A stretch of DNA of 64,000 nt from Candidatus Hypereutrophica brisbanensis (GCA_038147375.2 JAYQTL020000005.1:10218-74217); one strand, 5' to 3'; positions 20,650 through 30,164 are shown, counted from the stretch's first letter. The notes: generated by a model not told the origin, from the letters alone. Program-made: numbers and translations.

Positions 20650-21813
20650 TTATCCAAGCATTTTTTTAATTTTTTCAAGAGCTCTGCTAATATTGTCTTG
20701 AGAAGCGGCAAAACTTATTCTTATATAATCCTTAGCTGTTGAACCAAATGCAGTTCCAGGAACAACGGCTACTCCTGCTTCATACATGCATTTTTTTGTA
20801 AATTCTGAACCATTCATTCCTGTGCCTATAACTTTAGGAAAGACATAAAAAGCTCCTCCTGGCATAGGACATTCGATACCTGGAATATTATTCAAACCAT
20901 CTGTTACAAGTTTTCTTCTAACGTTAAACTCTTTCATCATATTATTAATAAAATCATCTGGGCCATCCAAAGCTGCTATACCTGCATATTGTGCTGCTGC
21001 ATTTACACAAGAAAAACTGTTAACTGCTAGTCTATTTACATGTGGAATTAAGTTTTCAGGCCATACACTCCATCCTAATCTCCAACCTGTCATCGAGTAA
21101 GCTTTACTCCAGCCATCTAAAACAATTAATCTATCTTGAAGGTGAGGATAGTTAAAGAAAGTAGGCATTTCTTTATTGTCGTAAATTTGTCTACTGTAAA
21201 TTTCATCGCTTAAAATTGAAACGTGCGGGAATTTTTTTAAACCCTCAGCTAAATAATCTATCGCAGGTTTTTCTACAAAACTTCCAGTTGGATTATTAGG
21301 GTTTATAATAACTAACAATCTTGTTTTATCTGTTATTAAAGAGAGAATTTTTTCTGGATCAAACTTTAAATCTTTTTCTTTTAAAATATCGTAAGGAACT
21401 CCTTTTGCTCCTGAGTAATTAATCATTGACTCATAAATAGGAAAACCAGGAGTAGGAAATATAATTTCTGATCCAGGTTCACCAAACATAGATATAGCAA
21501 AAAACATTGTAGGTTTGCCGCCAGGCATAATCATGACTCTCTCAGGATCAATATCTTTATTATAAAGTTTTTTTATTTTTCTAGTGACTGCTTGTCTGCA
21601 TTCTAAAATTCCAGTTGATAAAACATAGCCATGATGACCATCATCAAGTGCTTTCTTGGCAGCTTCTACAACATGTTTTGGAGATTTAAAGTCAGGCTGA
21701 CCTAAACCTAAATAAATCATTTCTTTACCTGAAGCTTCAACTTTTTTTGCTTCAGCTAATATGCTGAAGGCGGACTCTGTTCCTAATCTTTCTAAATTTT
21801 TTGCTAATTTCAT
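20650..21813 (-). CDS. Class I/II PLP-dependent aminotransferase (AspC-like)
   Basis: GQPDF, NPNNPTG, SDEIY, SKAYSMTGWRLG. Confidence 0.92.
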   Translation of the reverse strand: MKLAKNLERLGTESAFSILAEAKKVEASGKEMIYLGLGQPDFKSPKHVVEAAKKALDDGHHGYVLSTGILECRQAVTRKIKKLYNKDIDPERVMIMPGGKPTMFFAISMFGEPGSEIIFPTPGFPIYESMINYSGAKGVPYDILKEKDLKFDPEKILSLITDKTRLLVIINPNNPTGSFVEKPAIDYLAEGLKKFPHVSILSDEIYSRQIYDNKEMPTFFNYPHLQDRLIVLDGWSKAYSMTGWRLGWSVWPENLIPHVNRLAVNSFSCVNAAAQYAGIAALDGPDDFINNMMKEFNVRRKLVTDGLNNIPGIECPMPGGAFYVFPKVIGTGMNGSEFTKKCMYEAGVAVVPGTAFGSTAKDYIRISFAASQDNISRALEKIKKMLG

Positions 21814-21819
21814 AAATGT

Positions 21820-22968
21820 TTATCGGTAAGCGATCTTACTTGGATTTAAATCTTTGATTGATTTGCAACCCATTAAAATCATGTCTCTTCTAATCTCTTC
21901 TCTTAATCTATGCAAAAACATTTCTACACCTTGTTGACCACCTGCTCCAAGCGCAAATAAAAAGCCTTTACCAAAACTGCAAGCAGTTGCTCCTAACGCT
22001 AATGCTTTAAGCACATGTGTACCTCTTCTAATTCCACCATCAACAATAATTTCTATTTTACCACCCACTGCGTCAACAATAGCCGGAAGTTGGTCAAAAG
22101 GAGATCTTGAGCCATCTAATTGTCTTCCACCGTGATTGGATAACATAATTGCAGAAGCTCCAATATCAACTGCTCTTTTTGCATCTTCAACTGACATCAA
22201 GCCTTTTAATGCAAAAGGTCCTTGCCAACGTTTGATACAATACTCTGCATCTTTCCAGCTCATAGCAGGATCATATTGTTCATTAATATATTCCATAACA
22301 CCTTTAGCGATACTAGTTCCCTTGTTGGTAAAATGAGCAACGTTAGCTAATTTAAATTTTTCATGTAAAAGATAATTGATTGTCCATTTAGGGTGTGCTG
22401 CAAAACTCATTAAACTTTTTAAAGTAAGTTTTGGAGGAGTTGTAAATCCTGTTCGATGATCTCTTTCTCTATTTCCAGCAACTACAGTATCAACGGTCAA
22501 GCACAATCCCTTGAAACCTGCGCTCTTACATCTGTCAATTAGATTGTCTGTAAGTGCTTGATCTTTGTGAATGTACAATTGAAATAATTTTGGCCCGCTC
22601 GAAATATTTGCAATTTCCTCGATAGAAGAAGTAGCCATTGTAGACATGCTGTAAAAAGTTCCAAATTTTTCTGCAGCTCTTGCTGATGCTTTGTCGCCAT
22701 CATGGTGATAAAGCCTTTGCATCGCAGTAGGCGATAAAAATAATGGCATTTTAATTTTTTGACCAAAAACTTCCACAGAAAGATCTGGTTCTCCAACGCT
22801 CGCTAAAATGTTTGGTATGAGATCACACTTTGAAAAAGAGTCAGTATTTCTTCTTAATGTAGATTCGTCATCAGCTCCGCCATCAATGTAGTGAAAAATA
22901 GGTGAAGGAAGATTTTTTTTTGCAAGTTTTCTAAAATCTTCAAAATTGTAACAATCTTTTATCGACAT
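21820..22968 (-). CDS. lldD: FMN-dependent alpha-hydroxy acid dehydrogenase (L-lactate dehydrogenase-like)
   Basis: YIDGGADDE, FQLY, LTVDT, SNHGGRQLD, DGGIRRG. Confidence 0.88.
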   Translation of the reverse strand: MSIKDCYNFEDFRKLAKKNLPSPIFHYIDGGADDESTLRRNTDSFSKCDLIPNILASVGEPDLSVEVFGQKIKMPLFLSPTAMQRLYHHDGDKASARAAEKFGTFYSMSTMATSSIEEIANISSGPKLFQLYIHKDQALTDNLIDRCKSAGFKGLCLTVDTVVAGNRERDHRTGFTTPPKLTLKSLMSFAAHPKWTINYLLHEKFKLANVAHFTNKGTSIAKGVMEYINEQYDPAMSWKDAEYCIKRWQGPFALKGLMSVEDAKRAVDIGASAIMLSNHGGRQLDGSRSPFDQLPAIVDAVGGKIEIIVDGGIRRGTHVLKALALGATACSFGKGFLFALGAGGQQGVEMFLHRLREEIRRDMILMGCKSIKDLNPSKIAYR

Positions 22969-22974
22969 TTCTTT

Positions 22975-23678
22975 TTAAAACTTTTTAGAAAAAGTTATTG
23001 ATTGGTTATCCGTTCCAGGATTGACTTTTCCCCAATCATTATTCGAAATGTGGCTGTAGCTATATCCAAGGTTAGCGTTTTTAAAAAGATCAATTCCAAT
23101 TCTAATTTCTGATTTAAATTCTAAAACATCTCCTAAATCTTTACCATCACCAGCTTCATAATATCCTGGTGCAAAGCTAGGAGAAATATTTACTGGCCCA
23201 AGCTCATAATTAGCTTCAATGCCCGTGTATAAATAAACTGAATTTTTTCCTGTAATAAAAGCTCCTGTGACTGGAGAAAATTTTCCAATCCAAGTGTCTC
23301 TAAATAAATTTTCGTTTTTGTGTTCTATTCCAAATAAAGTTGTTTTGTCATCGCCTTCTTTATCGATAACGTCAAATGTTCCTGTGTAAGCCATAATATT
23401 ATGATTATCTTCTACAAAATTATTAGTCTGTTTTTTTTGGTAAGTATTTTTAACTTCAGAAGAGTTTATTAGTCTTTAAACTTTGATTAATAAAACAGTC
23501 TGATATTTTGTTTGTTAATTATTTGAAGATGTACTATTTGAAATACTATTTAAAGTTTTTTATTTTTTTCTTTTCAGGTGGATTTTTTTACAAAAATATC
23601 TTTCTTCAACTTCTGCAGCAAAGATTGAAATAAAAAGTAGTAAAATTATAAAAATAAAAAAATATTTTTTTGTTTCAT
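22975..23678 (-). CDS. Acyloxyacyl hydrolase / lipid A 3-O-deacylase (PagL-like) outer-membrane protein; 5' part disrupted by several indels
   Basis: C-terminal DLG..LEFKS, YSHISN...NPG and terminal Phe; frame stays open upstream to 23475; signal-peptide-like KKYFFIFIILLLFISIFAA in another frame near 23612-23670. Confidence 0.7.
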
Positions 23679-23730
23679 TTTTTTTTGAAAAATACAACCT
23701 AAGTTATAAAAAGTATATATCGAATATAGC

Positions 23731-24096
23731 TTATAACTTGGGTTTTTTTCTTAGCAAAACGTACAATATTATTCCTCCTGAAACTAAAACCAGATAAGGC
23801 AAAATCCATAAGAAAAAATTCTTCGTATCAAAAGAAGGTTTGTAAACAATCCATTCCCCATATTTGCTAATTAAAAAACTGTAAATTTCTTTCTCGCTCT
23901 TGCCTTGTTTAATTTGATCTTCAACAACCAACTTTACAGTAGATGCAAAATCAGAATTTGAATCCGCTATAGATTGACCTTGGCAAACTAGACATCTTAA
24001 ATTTTTAAAAATATCATTAACTTTTATATTTTCATTTGCGTGTATAGAGCTGAAAATAAAAAAAGCTAAAATAAAAAATATTATTTTTGATTTCAT
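23731..24096 (-). CDS. ccmH: Cytochrome c biogenesis protein CcmH
   Basis: LRCLVCQGQSIADS, YGEWI.YKP. Confidence 0.93.
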   Translation of the reverse strand: MKSKIIFFILAFFIFSSIHANENIKVNDIFKNLRCLVCQGQSIADSNSDFASTVKLVVEDQIKQGKSEKEIYSFLISKYGEWIVYKPSFDTKNFFLWILPYLVLVSGGIILYVLLRKKPKL

Positions 24097-24608
24097 TTTA
24101 TAATGTTTAATATTTCTTTAAAAATTTCTTGATTAATTGGTCCAATAATTTTTTTTACAACAACACTTTCACTGTTTATAATTATAGACTCTGGTATGCC
24201 ATAAATACCAAAAGAGATTGATGCTTTGCCATCATTATCTGCTGCAACAAATTTATATGGATTACCTAATTCATTTAAAAAATCTAATGTATTTGATTTC
24301 TTGTCTTTGAAACTAACACCAACGATATGAACTCCATTTTTTGACAACTCTACTAAATATTTATGTTCATCCCGACAAGGAGCACACCAAGAAGCAAAAA
24401 AATTTACTATCGTGAACTTATTATTTAGAAAATATTGTTCTGAAAAAAAATTAGTATTATCTAAAGATGGTATATTAAATTCACTAATTTTATTACCAAT
24501 TAGGTTCCTGGTATCGTAACTTTGATCTTTTTTAAGACCAAACCAAAAAATAGATAAACAAAAAAATACAAAGCCAAAAATTATTATTCTGGTCAAATTA
24601 ACTCTCAT
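24093..24608 (-). CDS. ccmG: Thiol:disulfide oxidoreductase CcmG/DsbE
   Basis: NFFASWCAPCRDEH, GIYGIPES. Confidence 0.92.
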   Translation of the reverse strand: MRVNLTRIIIFGFVFFCLSIFWFGLKKDQSYDTRNLIGNKISEFNIPSLDNTNFFSEQYFLNNKFTIVNFFASWCAPCRDEHKYLVELSKNGVHIVGVSFKDKKSNTLDFLNELGNPYKFVAADNDGKASISFGIYGIPESIIINSESVVVKKIIGPINQEIFKEILNIIK

Positions 24609-26487
24609 TTTTATTTCTCATCAGTTGTAAGAATCCACCAAGCACTATCATTAGAACTGATATCCAAATCCAAATCATGAGTGGTTTATGTTGAAATTTA
24701 ATATTGTAATAATCTGATCTCGAAATATTGCTCATGGTTAAATACAAATCTGAGTCTATTCTTGTTTTAATAGCCGCTTCATAAGTTAGTGTTTCAGGAT
24801 TTGAATAAATCCTAATTTCTGGATTTAATATTTTATTAATTTTCTTATCAAAATTTTTAATTTCAAAATCTCCGATGATCGCCTTGTAGTTTTTTTCTTG
24901 TTTTAATTTTAAATCTTTAAAAGTAATGCTGTATTCATCAAATTTTTTTTCTTCTCCTACTTTTAAATTAAAATCCTGCTCATTAGAAAAATTATGATTA
25001 ATTCCAATAAATAACACAAGTAGACCAAAACCAAGGTGGGAAATGACTCTTGGAAGTTCGAATTTTATTTTTTTTTGATAAATTTTATAAGCTTCAAGAA
25101 TTGAATGAATAATTAAAAATAACGCTGAAATAAAAATTAAATTAGATAAAAAACTGGAACTGCCAAAAATTAAATAAATTATAAAATTTATTAATAAAGC
25201 TCCTATTATAATTAATGCTTTATGCTTAATAATTTTAAATGACTTAGAATTAATCCAACTTAATTGTGGTCCTACAACCATTAAAACTAATAATGGCACC
25301 GCTAAAGGTATAATGACAATATTATAAAAAGGAGGTCCAACAGAAATTTTTTCGTTAGTCACGACATCTAAAAAAATAGGATACAAAGTTCCAACTAATA
25401 CCGTCACCAGAAAGAAAGCCATGAACCAATTATTAATTAAAATAAAAGTCTCTTTGCTTTTAAAATAAAAATTATAACTTTCTTTTTTAAACGTCCTAAA
25501 AAATATAATTAAAGAAGAAAAAATCATTACTGACAAAAATAATAATATGTAAATACCTCTTGCTGGATCGCTAGCAAACGTATGTACAGAATTAAGAATT
25601 CCTGATCTGACTAAAAAAGTCCCGGTAACACTTAAGATGAATGTAATTAGACAAAGAATAATTACCCAGGCATATAAATTATCTCTTTTTTCTAAAACCA
25701 TTACAGAATGCATAAGAGCTGTAATTGCAAACCATGGCAATAAAGATGCATTTTCAACAGGGTCCCAAAACCAAAAACCACCCCAGCCTAATTCGTAATA
25801 GGCCCAAATAGATCCAAGTGAAATTCCTAAAGTTTGAAAGCACCATGAAATAAGAACCCAAGATTTAATTGAATTTGCAAATAATTTTCCTCGATAATTT
25901 GAAAGCATTGACGCAATTGCCGCGGAAAAATAAATTGAACATCCTACAAAGCCAACATAAAGCATTGGCGGGTGTAAAGCCAAAGCAGGATCTTGCAGTA
26001 TTGGATTTAAACCAAGACCTTCTAAAGGCACAGGTTCTAATTGACTAAATGGATTAGAATTAAAAATAAGAAAGAGTGTAAAACCTAAAATTATTAAATT
26101 TTGAATTACTAAAGTTAATAGTCTGAAATTTTTTTTGTGTTTGAAATTAAATATAAGAAATAAGTAAGAAAAAATAACTAATATATTAATCCATAATAAT
26201 AAACTTCCTTCATGGTTTCCCCACGAACCTGCAATTTTATAAAATAAAGGTTTAGCGGTATGAGAATTTTCATAAACATTGATTAGTGAAAAATCTGAAA
26301 CTAAATAAGCAGCGATTAAAACTAAAAAAGATAAAATAGTTACTGTAACTTGCCATAAACTTAATTGGTAAATTCCTGGTTCTATAATTTGAATATTATT
26401 TTTTAAACTTAAAAAAGATTTATAGATTATTAAAACAGAAAAAATTGTAACAAGAAAAATTGATAACTGTCCAAATTCACTAAGCAT
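24598..26487 (-). CDS. ccmF: Heme lyase CcmF
   Basis: WGNHEGSLLLW, HPPMLY, WAYYELGWGGFWFWDPVENASL, SVHTFA. Confidence 0.96.
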   Translation of the reverse strand: MLSEFGQLSIFLVTIFSVLIIYKSFLSLKNNIQIIEPGIYQLSLWQVTVTILSFLVLIAAYLVSDFSLINVYENSHTAKPLFYKIAGSWGNHEGSLLLWINILVIFSYLFLIFNFKHKKNFRLLTLVIQNLIILGFTLFLIFNSNPFSQLEPVPLEGLGLNPILQDPALALHPPMLYVGFVGCSIYFSAAIASMLSNYRGKLFANSIKSWVLISWCFQTLGISLGSIWAYYELGWGGFWFWDPVENASLLPWFAITALMHSVMVLEKRDNLYAWVIILCLITFILSVTGTFLVRSGILNSVHTFASDPARGIYILLFLSVMIFSSLIIFFRTFKKESYNFYFKSKETFILINNWFMAFFLVTVLVGTLYPIFLDVVTNEKISVGPPFYNIVIIPLAVPLLVLMVVGPQLSWINSKSFKIIKHKALIIIGALLINFIIYLIFGSSSFLSNLIFISALFLIIHSILEAYKIYQKKIKFELPRVISHLGFGLLVLFIGINHNFSNEQDFNLKVGEEKKFDEYSITFKDLKLKQEKNYKAIIGDFEIKNFDKKINKILNPEIRIYSNPETLTYEAAIKTRIDSDLYLTMSNISRSDYYNIKFQHKPLMIWIWISVLMIVLGGFLQLMRNKNES

Positions 26488-26906
26488 TACTTTTTAATAG
26501 CTTCCTTTACTTCTGGTGGCATATAATTTTCATCATGTTTTGCCAAAATCCTATCAGCTTCAAAAAAAGTTTTATCTTTTAATTTTCCTTCAGCCACTAC
26601 TCCTTTTTCTTCTGCAAACAGATTAGGTACTGTGCCTGAATAATTGACAATTATTTCATTTTTAAAATCGGTTACAATAAATTGAATATTATTTTCTTTA
26701 ATTGTGATTGAATTTTTCTTGACCATGCCGCCAATTCGCATTTTTTTATTGGTAATCACATCTTCTGACTGTTTTATTTCGGTAGGTGAAGAAAAATATA
26801 AAATATTTTTATCTAAAGATTGAATGATAAAAATAACAACAACGATAGTGACAACAGTAACAAAGGTTAAAAATACAAACCTATTTTTAACTTTCTTTGA
26901 AAGCAT
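26487..26906 (-). CDS. ccmE: Heme chaperone CcmE
   Basis: RIGGMV, PNLFAE, LAKHDENYMPPE. Confidence 0.96.
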   Translation of the reverse strand: MLSKKVKNRFVFLTFVTVVTIVVVIFIIQSLDKNILYFSSPTEIKQSEDVITNKKMRIGGMVKKNSITIKENNIQFIVTDFKNEIIVNYSGTVPNLFAEEKGVVAEGKLKDKTFFEADRILAKHDENYMPPEVKEAIKK

Positions 26907-26917
26907 TTAAAATGCTT

Positions 26918-27151
26918 TTAGTTTGTTTTTGTATTTGTAGCTAAAATTTGTTGTGCAATTTTAGAAGTTGCTACAGCTTTGCTTTGTTCTTCTTGCGACA
27001 AAGATTGTAGTTCTTTTAAAAATTCTTGCTCGTATTTTCTTAGAGTTTTTCTTGTTCTAAGATAAACAGCTGCACACGAAATTAATACGATACTGAATGA
27101 AGACCAAACATAAAGTCCGTATCCATTCATGTTTAAAAATTCTGAAATCAT
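26918..27151 (-). CDS. ccmD: Heme exporter protein CcmD
   Basis: M.GYG.YVWSSF plus one TM helix, between ccmC and ccmE. Confidence 0.88.
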   Translation of the reverse strand: MISEFLNMNGYGLYVWSSFSIVLISCAAVYLRTRKTLRKYEQEFLKELQSLSQEEQSKAVATSKIAQQILATNTKTN

Positions 27152-27855
27152 GTTTTTTTTATATTTTTTTTCTTTATTCTAATGATTTCTGTTTTGTATT
27201 TCATTAGAAAAATTAACGCAGCATATAATAAGAATACTAATAACATCACCAATAATGGCATTAACATAGAGCTATGAATGCTACTAGAACCAGTTAGTTT
27301 TATGCTCGCTGGTTGATGAAGCGTATTCCACCAATCAACTGAATATTTAATAATGGGTAAGTTTATGGAGCCGATTATCGCAACAATTGAAGACCATTTG
27401 ACCGTTGCCTCATCCGTTTTTATAAACTTAAAACATAAAATATAAAGAATATAAAAAAACATTAGTACTAACATTGAAGTAAGTCTGGCATCCCATGCCC
27501 ACCATGTGCCCCAGGTTGGCTGCCCCCATAAAGATCCTGTAATGATTGCTAAACTTGTAAATAGCAAACCAATTGGAGCGATACTTTTATTGATTAGATA
27601 AAAATTTTTAATTTTAAAAATAAAATTTAAAATTGAAAGCAAGGTTATAACTGAAAAGCATAATAAACCTATCCATGCAGATGGAACGTGCACATACATA
27701 ATTCTCACTGAATCTCCTTGGATAAAATCAGGTGGTGATAAAATTAAAGCAAAGGTTAAACCGATAAGTAGAATTAAAAAGAAAATAGAATTAATAAATT
27801 TTATTAAAGATTGAATAAAGGAATAAACGTTACTCGGAGATAAAAATTTCAACAT
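27148..27855 (-). CDS. ccmC: Heme exporter/transfer protein CcmC
   Basis: YVHVPSAW, WGQPTWGTWWAWDARLT, WWNTLHQ; start likely ATG 27855. Confidence 0.96.
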   Translation of the reverse strand: MLKFLSPSNVYSFIQSLIKFINSIFFLILLIGLTFALILSPPDFIQGDSVRIMYVHVPSAWIGLLCFSVITLLSILNFIFKIKNFYLINKSIAPIGLLFTSLAIITGSLWGQPTWGTWWAWDARLTSMLVLMFFYILYILCFKFIKTDEATVKWSSIVAIIGSINLPIIKYSVDWWNTLHQPASIKLTGSSSIHSSMLMPLLVMLLVFLLYAALIFLMKYKTEIIRIKKKNIKKT

Positions 27856-27907
27856 TGTACTGAGGTACAATTATAATAGTTCAGCTTTTATGGAAAGATG
27901 CTAGTTT

Positions 27908-27961
27908 TGCCTAATTGAGATTTGAGGGAGTTAAAGAGGTAAAATATATCTCAATTAGGCA
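27908..27961. other. Perfect 14-bp inverted repeat with 26-nt loop; candidate small RNA or 3'-UTR hairpin
   Basis: TGCCTAATTGAGAT / ATCTCAATTAGGCA; minus-strand loop contains CCUCU and CUCCCUC. Confidence 0.6.
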
Positions 27962-28036
27962 CTTATGATTAAAATATAGTTTAATTCTATGTTTTAGATT
28001 TGATCTAATGTTGTTAGATTTGTGGCGAGCCTTGAT

Positions 28037-28357
28037 TTAGTTCGAAAGTTTTAGGTAATTTTTACCTTTTTTTCCGACAAATATTTCATTGATGAGCGGA
28101 TGTTTAACTGGCTCTTTTGAATGATCAATAAGTAAATTTTGCTCTGAAACATAAGCTTCGTAAGTCACATCATTGCTTTCAGCAAGTAAATGATAAAACG
28201 GCTGATCTTTACGTGGCCTAACTGCTTTAGGGATAGATTGGTACCACTCTTCTGAATTATTAAATTCAAAATCTACATCGTAAATCACACCACGAAAATC
28301 AAAATGTTTATGTTTGACGATTGTCCCGATTGAAAACTTTGCAACACTTGCAACCAT
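28037..28357 (-). CDS. hspQ: Heat shock protein HspQ (YccV-like)
   Basis: AKFSIG..VKH..F.FRGVIYDVD, KDQPFYHLLAE, AYVSEQNL. Confidence 0.92.
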   Translation of the reverse strand: MVASVAKFSIGTIVKHKHFDFRGVIYDVDFEFNNSEEWYQSIPKAVRPRKDQPFYHLLAESNDVTYEAYVSEQNLLIDHSKEPVKHPLINEIFVGKKGKNYLKLSN

Positions 28358-28365
28358 TAATTAAA

Positions 28366-28392
28366 AGATAGTAACTTTTATTTAAAAATCAA
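28366..28392 (-). promoter_or_regulatory. Putative RpoH-type promoter of hspQ
   Basis: Minus strand TTG-N18-CTATCT, 8 nt before ATG. Confidence 0.55.
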
Positions 28393-28435
28393 TATATAAA
28401 TTTAATTAATAATTAATTTATGTTAGAGTTTTCGT

Positions 28436-28981
28436 GTGAATAAGTCTTTATTAAAATTTATAACTGACTTTGGACCTTTATTAATTTTCTTTACAGTTTA
28501 TTACAAAAGCGGAAACAATTTACAATTAGCCATACCTCCACTTATTATTGCTACTCTAATAGCAGTAATAATAAATTATATATTTGAAAAAAAAATACCT
28601 TACGTGCCTTTAGTGGGTGGAATAATAATATCTATTTTTGGTGGATTAACTTTGTACTTTAATAATCCTGTTTTTTTATACATGAAGCCAACGATTATTA
28701 ATATTATTTTTGCATTTGTTTTAATTTTTGGAAAAGTTTTTTTAAAAAAAAACTTACTAAAAGTATTTTTTAATAATGCACTTCAAATGGATGAAATAGG
28801 CTGGGATAAGCTTAATAATCGTTGGGTAGGTTTTTTTATTTTTTTAGCTTTAATAAATGAAGCTGTTTGGAGAACTCAAACAGAAGTGATTTGGGTAAAT
28901 TTTAAAGTCTGGGGTATTTTACCGTTAACATTTATTTTTACAGCTTTTCAAGTACCGTTAATTAATAAACATAAATTATGA
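28436..28981 (+). CDS. ispZ: Inner membrane protein YciB / septation protein A
   Basis: DFGPL..FF, FGGLTL, KPTIIN, W.NFKVWG. Confidence 0.92.
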   Translation: MNKSLLKFITDFGPLLIFFTVYYKSGNNLQLAIPPLIIATLIAVIINYIFEKKIPYVPLVGGIIISIFGGLTLYFNNPVFLYMKPTIINIIFAFVLIFGKVFLKKNLLKVFFNNALQMDEIGWDKLNNRWVGFFIFLALINEAVWRTQTEVIWVNFKVWGILPLTFIFTAFQVPLINKHKL

Positions 28982-29322
28982 GAAACTTAAAACTTGTCGT
29001 TAATAATGTAGTCAAAACACAAGAAAAAGAAATTTTCTTTGTAAAAAAAGAACTGCAAACTATCTTAAATTTATATGGAAAAATGGTTTCTAATGGATCG
29101 TGGAAAGACTACGGACTTTCAATTGGTCCTAGAGAAATTTCATTTGATATTTATCAAAGAGCCTCGGAAAAACCTATTTTTAGAATATTAAAAAATCTTA
29201 AGCCTAAACATTACAATGATAGATTTTTTATTAAAGATAGACACGGAAATATTCTACAAAGATCTAGCAACCTTTTTGATTTAATCAAAAAGGTTCAGTG
29301 GAATAATCTTCGTGCTGTTTGA
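28978..29322 (+). CDS. DUF2794 family protein
   Basis: EL..ILNLYGKMVS.G.WKDY, F.IY.RASEKP. Confidence 0.8.
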   Translation: MRNLKLVVNNVVKTQEKEIFFVKKELQTILNLYGKMVSNGSWKDYGLSIGPREISFDIYQRASEKPIFRILKNLKPKHYNDRFFIKDRHGNILQRSSNLFDLIKKVQWNNLRAV

Positions 29323-30075
29323 TTATCTTCTTTGGCCAAAAAGTCTTAAAAGCATTATAAATAGATTTATAAAGTCTAAGTATAAAGTTAAGGCACCCAT
29401 AACAGCTTTTTTGCCTATAACTTCACCACTATCGCTTTCAAGATACATGTTTTTAATTTTTTGAGTATCGTAAGCCGTTAAACCAACAAAAATTAAAACG
29501 CCTAAAATTGAAATAACAAAATACATCATTGATGATTTCATAAAGATGTTAACGATTGATGCAATTATGATTCCAAATAAACCCATCATTAAAAATGAAC
29601 CAAATTTTGTTAAATCTCGATTTGTTGTGTAACCATAAATACTCATCGCGCCAAAAGTTCCTGATGTAATAAAGAATACTCTAGTAATACTTGTTCCAGT
29701 ATAAAGTAAAAATATTGAAGATAGTGAAGCTCCCATTAAAGCTGCAAAAATCCAAAAAGTAGTTTGAGCCTTAGCTGCGTTCATTTTTAAAATATTAAAA
29801 CTCATATAAAAAACTATTCCTAGAGGTGCTAATATAAATACCCATTGTAATGCAGAGGCATAAACAGCATTACCAAAACTAGTTAAACCTAAAATCTCAC
29901 CTGACTCACCTGTAACGACTGATAATTTAAAAAATAATAATGCAATAAATCCAGTAAGTAATACTCCTGAGGCCATATAGTTATAAACTTTAAGCATGTA
30001 AGTTCTTAACCCCTGGTCAATAATTGCTTCTGAAACTGATGATTTTATTGCTGATGTTCGTTTATTGTATTCCAT
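29323..30075 (-). CDS. Bax inhibitor-1/YccA family membrane protein
   Basis: DQGLR.YMLKVYNYM, LTAYDTQKIK, LYLDFINLF. Confidence 0.93.
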   Translation of the reverse strand: MEYNKRTSAIKSSVSEAIIDQGLRTYMLKVYNYMASGVLLTGFIALLFFKLSVVTGESGEILGLTSFGNAVYASALQWVFILAPLGIVFYMSFNILKMNAAKAQTTFWIFAALMGASLSSIFLLYTGTSITRVFFITSGTFGAMSIYGYTTNRDLTKFGSFLMMGLFGIIIASIVNIFMKSSMMYFVISILGVLIFVGLTAYDTQKIKNMYLESDSGEVIGKKAVMGALTLYLDFINLFIMLLRLFGQRR

Positions 30076-30164
30076 ATACTCTCTTATATATTAGCTTTTA
30101 GGATTTTTTCAATACCTACCTGGCTTTACATACCCAGAATTACCGCCTAAATAAGTAAACTTTT

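Noticed and set aside
27994-28022. TTAGAT-TTG-ATCTAA palindrome plus a second TTAGATTTG copy downstream of hspQ
   Set aside because: Short and AT-rich; no recognisable regulator consensus; could be chance
28402-28416. TTAA-N7-TTAA CtrA-like box upstream of ispZ
   Set aside because: Lies in pure A/T sequence where such matches are expected by chance; lacks the terminal C
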